Source: Octopus sinensis
Taxonomy: Eukaryota
Assembly (NCBI RefSeq): GCF_006345805.1
Contig: NW_021836849.1
Span: 1 to 37,273 of the forward strand
Direction of reading: 5' to 3'
DNA length: 37,273 bases
The position numbers were made by a program, and so were the translations under genes. Shown here piece after piece: positions 36,922 through 37,273 of the stretch. Position 1 is the first letter of the stretch. Every line of letters starts with the position of its first letter. A model generated the notes under the pieces. The model made no database searches. It had not been told where the DNA came from and was given only the letters and a program-made list of their open reading frames with translations.

Positions 36922-37273
36922 TATATATATTATATATATATATATAGATATATATATATCTGTACCTAAACACATCACACACACACACTTACACGCTCAC
37001 TACAGATATATATATATATATATATACAGGTGTTAAGGAACAAACTTGTTCACTAATTGTGGACGCACACCGAATGCCTGCTCTCACTCAATACCGTAAT
37101 ATCACCTGAGATTGCACCTGAATATGTTATGCTTCTTGCTGAAGTATAGTGTTCGTTAAGAAATTAGGTATTTTCTTTTTGTAATATTATACATAATAAA
37201 TATATATATATATAATATATATATATATATATAATATATATTATGGAATGCATATGTACATCTAATTGCAATA

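Overview
Eukaryotic, very AT-rich, microsatellite-dense non-coding DNA with no intact protein-coding gene. Nearly all ORF-track entries are translations of (TA)n, (TTA)n, (GTA)n or (CA)n repeats. The SINE families look like those of an octopus/coleoid cephalopod, but that is recalled from memory and not checked. The window holds about 25 copies of a tRNA-derived SINE, almost all on the + strand, plus two other SINE families. It also holds decayed R4/Dong-clade non-LTR retrotransposon fragments (RT, thumb, RLE and a 3' tail, all on the - strand), a CR1/L2-type LINE 3' end and a possible hAT MITE remnant. The most striking signal is a set of short inserts in (TA)n tracts carrying type I hammerhead ribozyme motifs with palindromic stem III, typical of Penelope-like pseudo-LTRs and retrozymes. 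Six are recognisable and several more are decayed. They include a ~320-bp inverted pair (12.1-12.8 kb) and a 350-bp unit with an 80-bp terminal redundancy folding into a long rod around a hammerhead (25.4-25.9 kb), which may be a copy of a circular RNA. Two weak candidate + strand terminal exons suggest the window may lie inside a large host gene.
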